DNA of 64,000 nucleotides from Octopus vulgaris (taxonomy: Eukaryota), in assembly GCA_951406725.2 (NCBI GenBank), contig OX597827.1, positions 3,782,001-3,846,000 on the forward strand, given 5' to 3'. Position 1 is the first letter of the stretch. Each line of letters begins with the position of its first letter. Shown piece by piece: positions 13,650 through 25,726 of this stretch. A program made the translations under genes and the position numbers. The notes under the pieces were generated by a model that did no database searches, was not told where the DNA came from, and saw nothing but the letters and a program-made list of their open reading frames with translations.

Positions 13650-14192
13650 TCATATACACTCAACAGATTAGACTGTTGGAGAAGAAAAGAATCCTAACAT
13701 TGGGCTACAACAAGTAACCTTAGATGCCAAGAACCTTCCTAAGTATCCTAGCTGTCCCCTAATATCACTGTTTTCTGGAGTTGTACTAAACTGGGTTTAT
13801 GCCTATTTTCTCTATTGATTCATTCAGATCTTTAGGGATAGTTTCCAATGCACCTATAACTACTGGGATACATTTTACTCGAATTTTCCAGTCTCTGTAA
13901 TTCAACAGCTAGGTCCTGGTACTTTGGTATTTTTTCATCATTTAGGACTGTAAAGTCAATCATCTGGCACTTTCTATTCTCTTTATCAACTATTACCAAA
14001 TCAGGCCTTCTAGTTTCTATTACTCTGTCAGTCTGAATGTTAAAGTCCCATAACATCTTATATTTCTTACTTTCTAGTACTTTACTAGGTCCCTGTTCAT
14101 ACCGTTTACCAGTATGTTCAGATCCTAGCTTTCTACATAGCTCCCAGCGGTTTGCTCTCCCTAGATTGTCATGTCTTTTCTTGTATTCTTGT
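13650..14192 (-). mobile_element. 3' fragment of an RLE-type non-LTR retrotransposon (R4/Dong-like)
   Basis: EYKKRHDN...WDFNIQTDRVIETRRPDLVIVDK...IDF...KYQDLAVELQRL, then after frameshifts IPVVIGAL...LQKTVIL-GTARILRKVLGI*. This is the RHD plus PD-(D/E)xK restriction-like endonuclease signature. The 3' end abuts TAA repeats. Confidence 0.85.
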
Positions 14193-14699
14193 AGCTGTGT
14201 GGTAAGAAGTATGATTCTCAACTTATATGGTCCCTGATTCTGTCCCACTGCAAGGAATTACTTCTTTTCTTAATACACTTGGAAGAGCTGGAAGAAATAC
14301 CACTGAACATATTGTCCAATGCACTAACAATTCTACTAACTTGCTTGAACAATTACAAATAATAATAATAATACTTATTCAATTCCTGTGATCCTGAAAT
14401 TATGAAAAAGACAAAGTTGGTAGGAACTGGATGCCAAACTAAATGGGGACAGCACTTTATTAATTCTTACAACCTGCTAAAATTGGTAAGAAAATAATGG
14501 CTGCCTTTGTTAAAGGAAGAAAAAAGAAAAGATTCATAGTTGTTAACAATATGTAATCATAAACTGAAATATATTTTCCCCCAAAAAAACTATTTACATT
14601 GGTATTTTCTCATATTCATACTATTGAGGACTTTGCCCTCTAACCCTGCTGGGAATGAGTGGGTAAAGAAGAGAAGATGAGAGATATTCCTACTGTAAA

Positions 14700-15660
14700 T
14701 TAAAGGTCTGCTTTCACCTCGTGTGATTTGATGACATATTTTTGATACCAGCTTGTTGGAGCTATTTCTCTGCAATTACTTCAATATTGTTCTTGGAAAA
14801 GAATGAACAGTGCAACACCTGTTTTTCTCAACCTCATATATTGAAGTTTTAGAGGAATTAATCCTAAGAGTGACAGAAAGGATTATGAAAACTCCAGCAA
14901 TTGGCTCTATTCATCGCAACTGCATGTGATAAATAAAATATTGATTACTTGGTGAAATACCATTATGACATATACTGATAGTTTTAAAAAGATGTCCCTC
15001 AAAGCAAAATCTTTCAACAAATTTTTAAAAAGTGAATAAAATAATGAACATTGATTTAAGTATGTTGGTGGGTGACAGAATAAATTATTTGAGACAGACA
15101 GTAGAGTGGAATTTAAAAGAAAATTTAAAAAGCATGAATGCTATTAGTGAGGAACACATTTATTTAAAAATATGGTAAAAATGGGAGTATATTGCATGGA
15201 AATTTTTTATGGTATCCTGAAAATTGTCAAGTTATCCCTCAAACCATTTTTGCATTTAATTCTAATAAAAGCTCTGTGATTCTAATCTATTTTTTTTATT
15301 TATGTTTTTTACATCCATGGCTTCACTTTAATTTTAAAAAAAAGTTTTTGTGTTAAGACGATCCTCATTTAAATATATTCCAACACAGTTCATTATGCCA
15401 GCTCTGTTTGGTGTAATCTGTAGCAACGAACTTTTGTTGCTTCTAATCCAACCATACCTTCCAGGATCAGAGAAAGAGTGAGATGTACTTTTCTTTAATG
15501 GTGTTGGCATTAGTCTCTTCAAAAATATGGCAAGTGCATTAAAGCAAGAAGTAATCCCCTTTCTCGACACATTCAATTCATGATGCAACTCTCAATTCCA
15601 AGTTGAAGTTAATTTATATCTCTTGTACTATTGATGGCTCTTGGGTAACATATTAGCATC
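14700..15660 (+). mobile_element. L1/Tx1-like LINE remnant (copy 2)
   Basis: TVQHLFFS motif near 14807-14830, duplicated with 12900-13110; many stops; boundaries uncertain. Confidence 0.45.
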
Positions 15661-16617
15661 AGTTCAGTTCATTATATTCCTCTATAGCTTTTTTTTCTCT
15701 CTTTCTGCTGAAGTAAGAAATTTATATATCATATTGCAAGTGAAAGAAAATGTGGATGCCATGAGTCTCAGCACAGGCAATCCATTGACTCAAATAAAAA
15801 CACACTGTAAGAAATTTATATTATATCATGAGTAGGAGAGAATAGGAACACTACAAGCCCACGACTCAGGTAACCCATCCAGGAGAGTGATAACTTAAGT
15901 AAAAACTGGTATAGAGTAAGGGGAATTCATTAGTCCTGATGCTACGTCTCTCATGTTGGTGGTACAGTAAAATCCACCCAGCCCAAACTGTAAATAGATT
16001 AGTGATAAGAAGGGTGGTCAGCTGTAAAACCAAAATATATCACAATATAAAAGACAGGCACTGTTTTGGATATTGTTGTTGTTCCTGTATGTGTCAGATT
16101 ATGAAGAACCACAATAAGTAATGAGATGCTAAGACTTGTCCAACCCATTCCACTGTGGAATAAAAACACAGAAATAAAACCAAAACATGTCAAATAACCT
16201 TTTCTTTTCTACTCTAGGCAAAAGGCCTGAAATTTTTGGAGAGGGAGCCAGACAATTAGATCGACCCCAGTATACAACTGGTACTTAATTTATCGACCTT
16301 GAAAGGATGAAAGGCAAGGTCAACCTTGGAAGAATTTGAACTCAGAATGTAAAGAGATGAAATACCACTAAGCATTTTGCTCAGCATGCTAACATTTCTA
16401 CCAGCTTACCGTCTTCAAAACATGTAAAATAATGATATTAATAATGATGATGACTATGACAACAATGACAACGATGATGATGATGACAATAATGGATTCT
16501 GCACTGTTTCTTCTTACCAAATTTCATACATGTAGTATTGATCAACCTGAGGTTATGGTTAAAGCCACTAACTCAAAATACTGCACATTGATATCCAGCC
16601 CCAAGAAACCTATGACT

Positions 16618-16850
16618 GTAACTTTTTAGCATTTAAACCGGCCATATCTTACTGAAATATTCTTCCTGTTTTATGTTCAAACTGTCCAAATCCAGCCTCT
16701 CATACCTACCCTACAATGTCATTCTAAAAATAAAGTATCAGATCATAAGAATTTTGAAGCTACAACACAATGCATGCTTAATTCATAACAATGGGAATAA
16801 ATATGCATTACCTTTGACAGAATAGAATAATTTAAATGCTAAAAGGCTAA
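16618..16850 (-). mobile_element. piggyBac-like MITE (about 230 bp)
   Basis: Three homologous copies (here, 23247-23472, 35875-36104) with ends resembling TTAACCCTTTAGCAT...ATGCTAAAGGGTTAA, best preserved at 36090-36104. Confidence 0.65.
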
Positions 16851-18508
16851 ACTATGTGATTCAAGATTCTAAAATTCACATTGAATCTTTTTATCCTATA
16901 TATCTGTCGTTTTTTTTTTATCTTTTTACTGGTTGCAGTCACTGGATTGCAGCCATGCTGGGATACTGTCTTGAAGAGTTTAGTTGAGTAAATTGAACCC
17001 AGAACTTATTTTTCTTTTCAGGTCTTGTACTTACACTACCGAACAACTAAGTTACAGGGGGCAAACAAAACAACACAAACATATAAACATACACATATAT
17101 TCATATATATAATGGGCTTCCACACAGTTTCCATCCAACAGATTCAGTCACAAGATATTGATTGATCCAGAGTTACAGAAGAAGACACTTGGTCAAGATG
17201 TCACACAGTGGGACTGAACCTGAATTCATGTAGTTGCAAGCAAGCTTCTTAACTACACAGCTATGTCTTGTGGAAATCTGTATCATTCTATATACATTTA
17301 ATACTACATACTATTAATCCCAAAAATAAGGTGGTGAATAGGCAGAACCAGTAAAATGATTAGCAGCATTTTGTCCTTCTTTACATCCTGAGTTCAAATT
17401 CTGCCAAGGTTGACTTTGCCTTTCATCATTTTGAAGTCAATAAAATAAATACCAGCTGAGCACTAGGGTCGATGTAATTGACTTATCTTCTCCCCACACC
17501 CAAACTACTAGCCTTGTGCCAAAATTTGAAATCGATATTAATCCCTAAAAGGGAGCTGTGCTCATAACAAGACAGCTATCTATTTTTGGCACCTTACTTA
17601 TATTTATTTATCTATTCATCTTTTATATTTAACTTGTTACACTCATTGGACTGCAGCCATGCTTAGGCACCATCTTGAAGAGTTTAGTTGAAGAAATTGG
17701 CCCAAGTACTTATCTTTCAAGTCTAGTACTTATTCTATTGGTCTCTTTTGCCAAACCGCTAGTGTTATGGGAATGTAAACACCAACGCCAGTTGTCAAGT
17801 GGTGGATGGGAAAAATACAATGAAGAGCATGCACACACATGCACACACGTATATATATATATATGGTGGGCTTCCACACAGTTTCCATCTACCAAATCCA
17901 GCCACCACAAAGTATTGGTTAATCTGGGGCTATAATAAAGGTACTTTGCCCAGTGGAATCGCACTTTAGACCATCTGGCTGCAAAGCATACTTCTTAATC
18001 ACTCAGTCATGTCTGTGATTCATTTTTATTAAAAACTGTCTCTGATACTGGTTTAAGTCATTGAACTTTGCTAGGGAACTGCTTTCGTAGTTTTTAATCG
18101 ACCATGTCAGCCACATTGCTTATTTCAATCTGATAGTTATATCATTGGTTTCAACTTTTGACATGAGGCCACAGGTTGGGCAGAGAGACTAAGTCAATTA
18201 AATCGACCCCAGTGTTTAACTGGTACTTATTTCATTGACCCCAAATGGATGAAAGGCAAGGTCAATGCCAGTGAGATTTGAATTCAGAACATAAATTTGG
18301 AAGAAATGTCGTTAAGCATTTTATGACATTAAAAGATGATGATCTTGATGACAATGCTGCTGCTGATCTTCAATTCACCATTCATCACCTGTTTGCCTAT
18401 ATATATATATATATATACACACACACATATATATATATAGTCAAACACACTTTTTTATGTAAATATACATATGTATATACATGAATATATATGCATACAC
18501 ACACTCAC

Positions 18509-18539
<31 letters not shown>

Positions 18540-18566
18540 CTTTATTTAAAGCAGCTTAAATTCAAC

Positions 18567-18613
18567 AAAACCTGTTACTCTGAGTTTCCCGTTGCCGTTC
18601 ATCGGACAGTTTT
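18567..18613 (-). ncRNA. Minimal type I hammerhead ribozyme motif (U4C core variant)
   Basis: 5'-AAAACTGT CCGATGA A CG GCAA CG G GAAA CTC A GAG TA ACAGGTTTT: stem I CTGT/ACAG, short stem II with GCAA loop, palindromic stem III ACTC-A-GAGT, GUA cleavage triplet. Confidence 0.65.
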
Positions 18614-18619
18614 TGCTAG

Positions 18620-18665
18620 AAACTGTCCGACGAACGGCAACGGGAGACTCAGAGTAACAGGTTTT
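18620..18665 (+). ncRNA. Mirror-copy hammerhead motif, probably inactive
   Basis: Same layout as the left arm, but the core reads CCGACGA and GAAA is changed to GAGA. Confidence 0.5.
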
Positions 18666-19386
18666 GTTGAATTTTCTGCTGCTTTAAATAAAGCATATTA
18701 CTCTACCACTGGTATTTGAGTACTCTTTTTTCCACCTTGTTTCACATTTATGTGTTTACTCTGGTATATATATATATATATATATTTATATATACACTCA
18801 CATACATACATATATATCCTGTCCTTTTTTTTACTGATATTGTATATTTAGGATTACATAATCTAATGTGTCCTTTCTCTAAAACAACAGTATAATTTAG
18901 AGGGAAATTAGTTGCTATTTCTAACAAGGCAAATAACCATCAAATTAAGGGTTCAGTGTTAGCTTGAATAGGTATCAGTAATATATTCAATCAACTATAA
19001 TAATTGCTCTTTAGAAAAGTTGAAAGAAAGCAAAAAAAAAAAAGTATTGGCTTTGTAATAATTGTTTTGAAAGATATCAATTTTATTCCCTAAAACAATA
19101 TTTTGTTCCTGACATAGCTTTAAGTGGTGAAACTAAAGTGGTGACAGCAGGTCTTTTAATACAATTTTTATTTCAATTTTCATTCTTCAATTTAAAAATT
19201 TTTTTCTTCTTTGTTTTTTTTTCTTCTTTTTTTCTTTCTTTTTTTTTTACCATTTTATATTCAAATCAGTCAAAAAGAAAGACTGAAATGCAAAAAACAA
19301 AAATTTAAAGTAAAAGGAGAAATAAAATGAAAGAGTGAAAAAATATATACATTGCACAAATTGATTATTATAATTATTATTATTAA

Positions 19387-19448
<62 letters not shown>

Positions 19449-21191
19449 GTAGTAGTAGTAGTAGTATTGTTGTTGTTGTTATTATTATTGTTGCTGTTGT
19501 TGTTGTTGTTATCATCATTATTATTATCTTTATTATTAAGGATTTGGTTGTTCGGGACACTGAAGAAAACTGTTAACATTTGGCCTGCTATAAATGGATA
19601 TTGCTATCTTCCAAATCTCAACATTTTTAATGCTTGTGAAAGAAACAAAACAAAGCAAAGCAAAGCAATAAATATATAAAATATAAGATAAAAAAAAATA
19701 AATTTTTTTTTTAGAAAAATAAAAGAATGAAAAAATGGAATATGGTGTCAATTTCTTCCCCAAAAAGTGTCGCCACTTTTATGGAAATTGCACACACAAC
19801 TGAAAAATGAAATCACCTGTCTACTGCAGCTGTTAAGAGCGAGCATTTTTTGAAAGATAAAGATAGGAATACATTAGCTGGTAATTATTAAGTGGAGGCA
19901 AAATGCAAAACAGTAACACCATGGCATATTGTTGCTGTTGTTTTTATTTTTATTATTAATAATAATGACAATAATAATAATAATAATAACAGTGATTGGG
20001 CCTTAGGGGTCTGTATATGCAATACAGACTGTGTTATACAAAATGGGTGAGGATGTACACATACATATTTTAAATGGGAGAATGGGTGTAGGGAATGTGA
20101 TACACTATATCGAGTCTGGTTAAAAATGTGGCAAATGAGATGTTTTCACATAAGGGCAGCCTATCCATATAAGGGGTAAGGAGCTACCACACTTCAGTAA
20201 GATTAAGACATCTTTGTAATTCTGACCATCTCCTGCTCTGATCACCTTCTGGGAACTGACTCCTCCAAATTTATCTGTGAGCATCTTAAAGGTTTGCAAA
20301 CTGTGAAGTCTCTCTTGTAACCCTTGAGAACTGGTTCATTTGTCATATGTAGACTTGCTGTGTTAATTTTACCAACAACCTCTCAAATTTATATTTTCTC
20401 TGTAAAAATCAGAAAGATATTCCACACTTTCTCCTCTGCTGATTCAACATTTATGTTAGATTTTTGGTATTGATTCTGACTATCCCCTGCAGTTTTCCAC
20501 CACAACAATGTAGTAGAACACTGCTGCTTGCAGCCTCTGATCAGTCCTCTGCTGAAAGAGGAAACTACTTAGCTTTTCAGTGTCCTATCACAGTAGTAAC
20601 CCTGGATGCTGATGGTACTGAGGATGGGGAAGTGTCATTTCCTTCCACTTGAGCTATACTTCGAGCTGCAATTTGCGGTGCTTTAAAAACAGCAATATCA
20701 GAATCCATGGCCTTCATCTCTTAGGATTGCTGTTTTTACTGTTGTCCGCGGCTCTTGTTCTTTTTCCTTCTTTTGGACAGAAGACCCTTTACTCTCACAC
20801 ATATAAAAACTGTACCTTTTGCCCAGCCCCAACAGCCTAATTCACTTGTCCTTCACTCAAACAGATGGAGATCCAGGATTACTTTATGGTCTTCTGAGGT
20901 CATCATGACCTGGATTATAATACTGACCCCCATCTTACCATATATCATTCTTGGCCACCCCTGTATCATCAACTGACTACATCCCAAAGCTAATGACCAG
21001 CCATGATTCAATGTCATTACCAGGATATCTAGCTGTGACCTTTGTATCTCTTACCCCCAATTAGTCACCAGTTCAACCTATCTCCTTGCTTCAGCCCTGG
21101 TTTGTAAAACTAAGCGTGCACTTCCATGCACCATGCCCATTGACTAGGGCTCACTCATCATCCAGAGCTTCCTCTTCTCATTCAATGGTAT

Positions 21192-21251
<60 letters not shown>

Positions 21252-21255
21252 TCCT

Positions 21256-21638
21256 TCTTTTATTTGTTTCAGTCATTTGACTGCAGCCATGCTGGAGCAC
21301 CACTTTTAGTCGAGCAAATCGACACCAGGACATATTCTTTGTAAGCCTAGTACTTATTCTATCAGTCTCTCTTGTTGAACCACTAAGTCACGGGGATGTT
21401 AACACACCAGCATCGGTTGTCAAGTGATGTTGGGTGGACAAACACAGACACACAAACACACAAAAACACACATGCATATATATATACGACGAGCTTCTTT
21501 CAGTTTCCATCTACCAAATCCACTCACAATGCTTTTGTCGGCCCGAGGCTATAGTAGAAGACACTTGGCCAAGGTGCCGTGTAGTGGGACTGAACCCAGA
21601 ACCCAGTGGTTGGTAAGCAAGCTACTTACCACACAGCC
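21256..21638 (-). mobile_element. SINE family B copy
   Basis: Reverse complement of 57168-57626; the tail runs into a (TTTC)n tract. Confidence 0.85.
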
Positions 21639-22052
21639 TTCCTTTTTAAATAATATGTCATCTTTCACTTTGCTTTTACTGATTAATATTTTGAATAAGG
21701 AAGTTCTCTTTTTTGTAACATACATCTTTCTTGCTCTTTTCTTTTCTCCCTAGAAACAACAAGCATTTTCTTCTGGCTTGCAATATTTGCAAAAGATGAG
21801 CTACTGTTGTTGTTCGTAAGGATTTTGTTAGTATCGCAAAAGTCTCAGATTTTGTTTGCAGCTATGCTTTTAGTATGTTTCAGTTTGTTTTATTTTTTGT
21901 CACCTTTTCCTTCTATCTTTAAATCCATTTATGTGATTTTTCAAAAACTCTGGGGCATATTTACAGTTCCTATCTTTGTGGTTAGCTCATCAGTCCACAA
22001 CACCAGAGTGGGGTTCCGCAAATAAATAAACCAAAATGGATGTTCATAAAAA

Positions 22053-22310
22053 GCATGGCTATGTGGTAAAGACGTTGGTCCCCAACTACATAGTTCTGAG
22101 TTCAATCTTACTGCATAGCATCTAGAGCATCTTCTACTATAGCCCTAGTTACTAACCAAAGCCTTGTGAGCAGATTTTGTTGATGGAAACTGAAAGAAGC
22201 CCGTCGTGTGTGTGTGTGAGTGTGTATACCTATATATATATATATATATATTATATATTATATATATATATAGGTATATGTATATATATATATATATAGA
22301 TATATATATA

Positions 22311-22353
<43 letters not shown>

Positions 22354-22625
22354 TAGCTATCGCCAAGCTAATATGGTAGTCTATAAATATAAGACTAAAG
22401 CTGCCGTTGATTAGCTCCAAGAGGCCATCGCCTCTAGCTAGCTATATGACACACGAACCTGTGTCCATTATAACCTTCGAACAGGGGAGGTCAGCCGCTT
22501 CCCCTTGCTGGTCAGACATCTGCAGACATGTTTCAGGGTATTTGCCCTTTATCAATGCAGATTAGCCAGACCCAGCAGGCATCACTACTAACCGTCTGTT
22601 CGAAGTATTATTTACCTATCCACTG

Positions 22626-22680
<55 letters not shown>

Positions 22681-22935
22681 GGTATATGTATGTATATATA
22701 TATATATATAAGTATATGTATTTATCTATGTATTTGTGTTGTGCATATGCTCACCACCACCACCACTTGGCAACTGCTGTTGGTTTGTTTATGTCCCTGT
22801 TACCTAGCAGCTCAAGAAAAGGAATCAATAGAATAAGTACCCGACTTATAAAAGCTTCTGCAGTTGAGTTGTTTGACTAAAGCCTTTATAGCATGCCCCA
22901 GCATGGCTGCAGTGCAAAGACTGAAAGAAGTAAAT
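22053..22935 (+). mobile_element. SINE family B copy interrupted in its internal (TA)n by a 280-bp ribozyme cassette
   Basis: Head at about 22053-22205, tail at about 22740-22935, unrelated insert at 22351-22630 flanked on both sides by (TA)n. Confidence 0.8.
22518..22562 (-). ncRNA. Minimal type I hammerhead ribozyme with U3:A8 core covariation
   Basis: 5'-ATCTGCA TTGATAA AGGG CAAATA CCCT GAAA CATG TC TGCAGAT: perfect 7-bp stem I, 4-bp stem II, palindromic stem III ACATGT, GUC cleavage triplet. Confidence 0.8.
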
Positions 22936-23246
22936 GGTAAAAGCTAAAAGATAGAATAAAGTCTTAGAACAATCCTTGGTTTTCTATTTCAGAGAAATGG
23001 GAAAGATGCTGAAATGTTTCAAAGCTCTTTATGGTAAAATAATATTTTTTTCGTTTTCCCTCTGGAAGAAAATGTCTTCTAAATAAAGCTCTGTGAAATG
23101 TGACCATTTACAGTAAAAAATGACAATAACAACAACAATGAATATGATAATGATAATGATGATGATTATAATGATGATGATAATTATAATAACAGAAATA
23201 ATTTTTAACATTTTTGAAATAGAAAATTACCTGTAACTATCAAATA

Positions 23247-23472
23247 TTAACTCTTAAGCGTTCAGATTACTTTGCCAAATATAATGCAAAGCATATTTAT
23301 TCACATTGTTTTGAATCAATCTTGCATTATCCCAAAGCTTCAAGATTTCAGTGATGTGAATGCTTATTTTTAGAATGACATTATAGGGTATGTGTGAGAA
23401 GTTAGATCTGGCCATAAAGTAAAAGTATAATATGCAGGCCTGATGTAGTCAGTGCAAATGCTGCAGGGTCGA
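23247..23472 (+). mobile_element. piggyBac-like MITE copy
   Basis: Homologous to 35875-36104 and 16618-16850. Confidence 0.65.
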
Positions 23473-23542
23473 ACATGTGTTTTATTTAGCACACTGGCTG
23501 AAGCATCAGTTTGAGTATTCATACTGCAATTATTCATGATAG

Positions 23543-23933
23543 GTGGAGGCGCAATGGCCCAGTGGTTAGGGCAGCGGACTTGCGGTCGTAGGATTGCGGT
23601 TTCGATTCCCAGACTGGGCGTTGTGAGTGTTTATTGAGCGAAAACACCTAAAGCTCCACGAGGCTCCGGCAGGGGATGGTGGTGATCCCTGTTGTACTCT
23701 TTCACCACAACTTTCTCTCACTCTTACTTCCTGTTTCTGTTGTACCTGTATTTCAAAGGGGCCGGCCTTGTCACTCTCTGAGTCACGCTGAATATCCCCG
23801 AGAATTACGTTAAGGGTACACGTGTCTGTGGAGTGCTCAGCCACTTACATGTTAATTTCACGAGCAGGCTGTTCCATTGATCGGATCAACCGGAACCCTC
23901 ATCGTCGTAACTGACGGAGTGCATCCAAAAAAA
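23543..23933 (+). mobile_element. Young tRNA-derived SINE with 11-bp TSD
   Basis: A-box TGGCCCAGTGG, B-box GGTTTCGATTCCC, short A tail; ATTCATGATAG at 23532-23542 and 23934-23944. Confidence 0.9.
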
Positions 23934-24711
23934 ATTCATGATAGACAGGGAAAAATGGGACTCTGCAAGCTGTATATGGTAATTAGTTTAATCATGAGCC
24001 CTAATAAAGGTAGTTATATCTTTCGTTTCTTGTCAGCCATGGCAGGAATTATAATCAAAAAACATTTTCATAATGTTTCTTATATTCTCATAAAAGAAGG
24101 GTAATAAACGTCCATTCTGTTGCAAGCATAATGGCTAAGTCTCTCTTTTGAGGGTACCCTCCTCTCTTTTTCTTAAGACCCTAGAAGGAAACATGTGAGC
24201 TGCCTTTTTATTCTGCCTATCCATCCATCCACCCATTTTTTCAGCTCACTCTGTCTGGGGAGGTTTTGCAGGTAAAGTTCTCAGGTATCTTCTTCTTAGG
24301 TCCTACCAGAAGTAAAATATCATTGCACTTTACTATTACCCAAGCATGACCAACTGCAACTGGATATTATCCACCTGTCTCCTTCTTGGTCTAACCTGGG
24401 GGTTAATTGTTTTAGGTGCCTCTATGGTTGAGAGCAATCACAGGCACCTTTTCTGCCTCACTCTTAGTTCATTGGAACATCCAGGATGTGACAGATGGTG
24501 TGTGTGTGTGCAAGAGAGAGCTGCTCCAGCATCTTGGCTGGTATTCATTTCAGATGGAGCAATATTTAATAAAGCACCTTCCTTAAGAACAACATGCTGC
24601 TTGGTCCAAGAACTGAGCCCACAAATACCCTAACTATTAGCTAATATGCCTTTGTAAAAAGATGTACCAGATGCTTAAAAATAATGGAAAAATATACAAA
24701 GAAAGCATTAC

Positions 24712-25094
24712 GGAAGCACTTCGTCGGTTATGACGATGAGGGTTCCGGTTGATCCGATCAACGGAACAGTCTGCTCGTGAAATTAACGTGTAAGTGGCTG
24801 AGCACTCCACAGACACGTGTACCCTTAACGTAGTTCTCGGGGATATTCAGCGTGACACAGAGAGTGACAAGGCCGGCCCTTTGAAATACAGGTACAACAG
24901 AAACAGGAAGTAAGAGTGAGAGAAAGTTGTGGTGAAAGAGTACAACAGGGATCACCACCATCCCTGCCGGAGCCTCGTGGAGCTTTAGGTGTTTTCGCTC
25001 AATAAACACTCACAACGCCCGGTCTGGGAATAAAAACCGCGATCCTACGACCGCGAGTCCGCTGCCCTAACCACTGGGCCATTGCGCCTCCACG
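24712..25094 (-). mobile_element. Young tRNA-derived SINE with 15-bp TSD (inverted partner of the 23543 copy)
   Basis: Near-identical reverse complement of 23543-23926; CAAAGAAAGCATTAC at 24697-24711 and 25095-25109. Confidence 0.9.
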
Positions 25095-25659
25095 CAAAGA
25101 AAGCATTACCGGTTATAACAGAAACTTCAAATAACTTGAATATTTGTATTGACAAACAAGAGCCAAAACTACGTAGTTACTTCTTTTGTTTTGTTTTTGC
25201 TTTATATGATTATTATTATTCTTAAAGTTGTGGGCCGGGAAAACTGTTCGCACACTGGAAAAAATGAATGGTGGCATTCCGTCAATCTTTACATTCTGAA
25301 ACTGAAACTTCTCTGAGGTCAACTTTGTCTTCCTTCCTTTTTGGGTTAATAAAATAAGTTCCAGTCAAATACTGGGGTTGATGTAATCGATTGACCCCAC
25401 TCAAAATAAAAATTAAAAAAACAACTGCTGTCCCTGTCTGCACTGAAATTTGAAATCATTATTATTATTATGATTATTATTATTATTATTATTGTGTTTT
25501 GTCAGGTTTAATTTGTACAAGCTGCACCCAAATATCAGCCAGAGTTGTCGATGGGAAACAAGTTTTGCATCTAAAGATGCATGCATTTAGGTGACATGCC
25601 ATGCAACTGAAAATTTGATGTTGGTGTGTGATAAAAATTAAAGAGAAAAGAATTCCTTC

Positions 25660-25721
<62 letters not shown>

Positions 25722-25726
25722 TATAA

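Larger units (their letters stand above)
18541..18692. repeat. Near-perfect palindrome (about 72-bp arms, about 7-nt loop) between (TA)n tracts
   Basis: TTTATTTAAAGCAGC..TTCAACAAAACCTGTTACTCTGAGTTTCCCGTTGCCGTTCATCGGACAGTTT is mirrored by AAACTGTCCGACGAACGGCAACGGGAGACTCAGAGTAACAGGTTTTGTTGAA..GCTGCTTTAAATAAA. Confidence 0.95.

Noticed and set aside
13832-14248. 138-aa ORF as a host gene
   Set aside because: Chimera of an antisense SINE head and a retrotransposon endonuclease fragment.
23543-23620. tRNA gene
   Set aside because: tRNA-like head of a SINE with body, tail and TSD; no complete cloverleaf.
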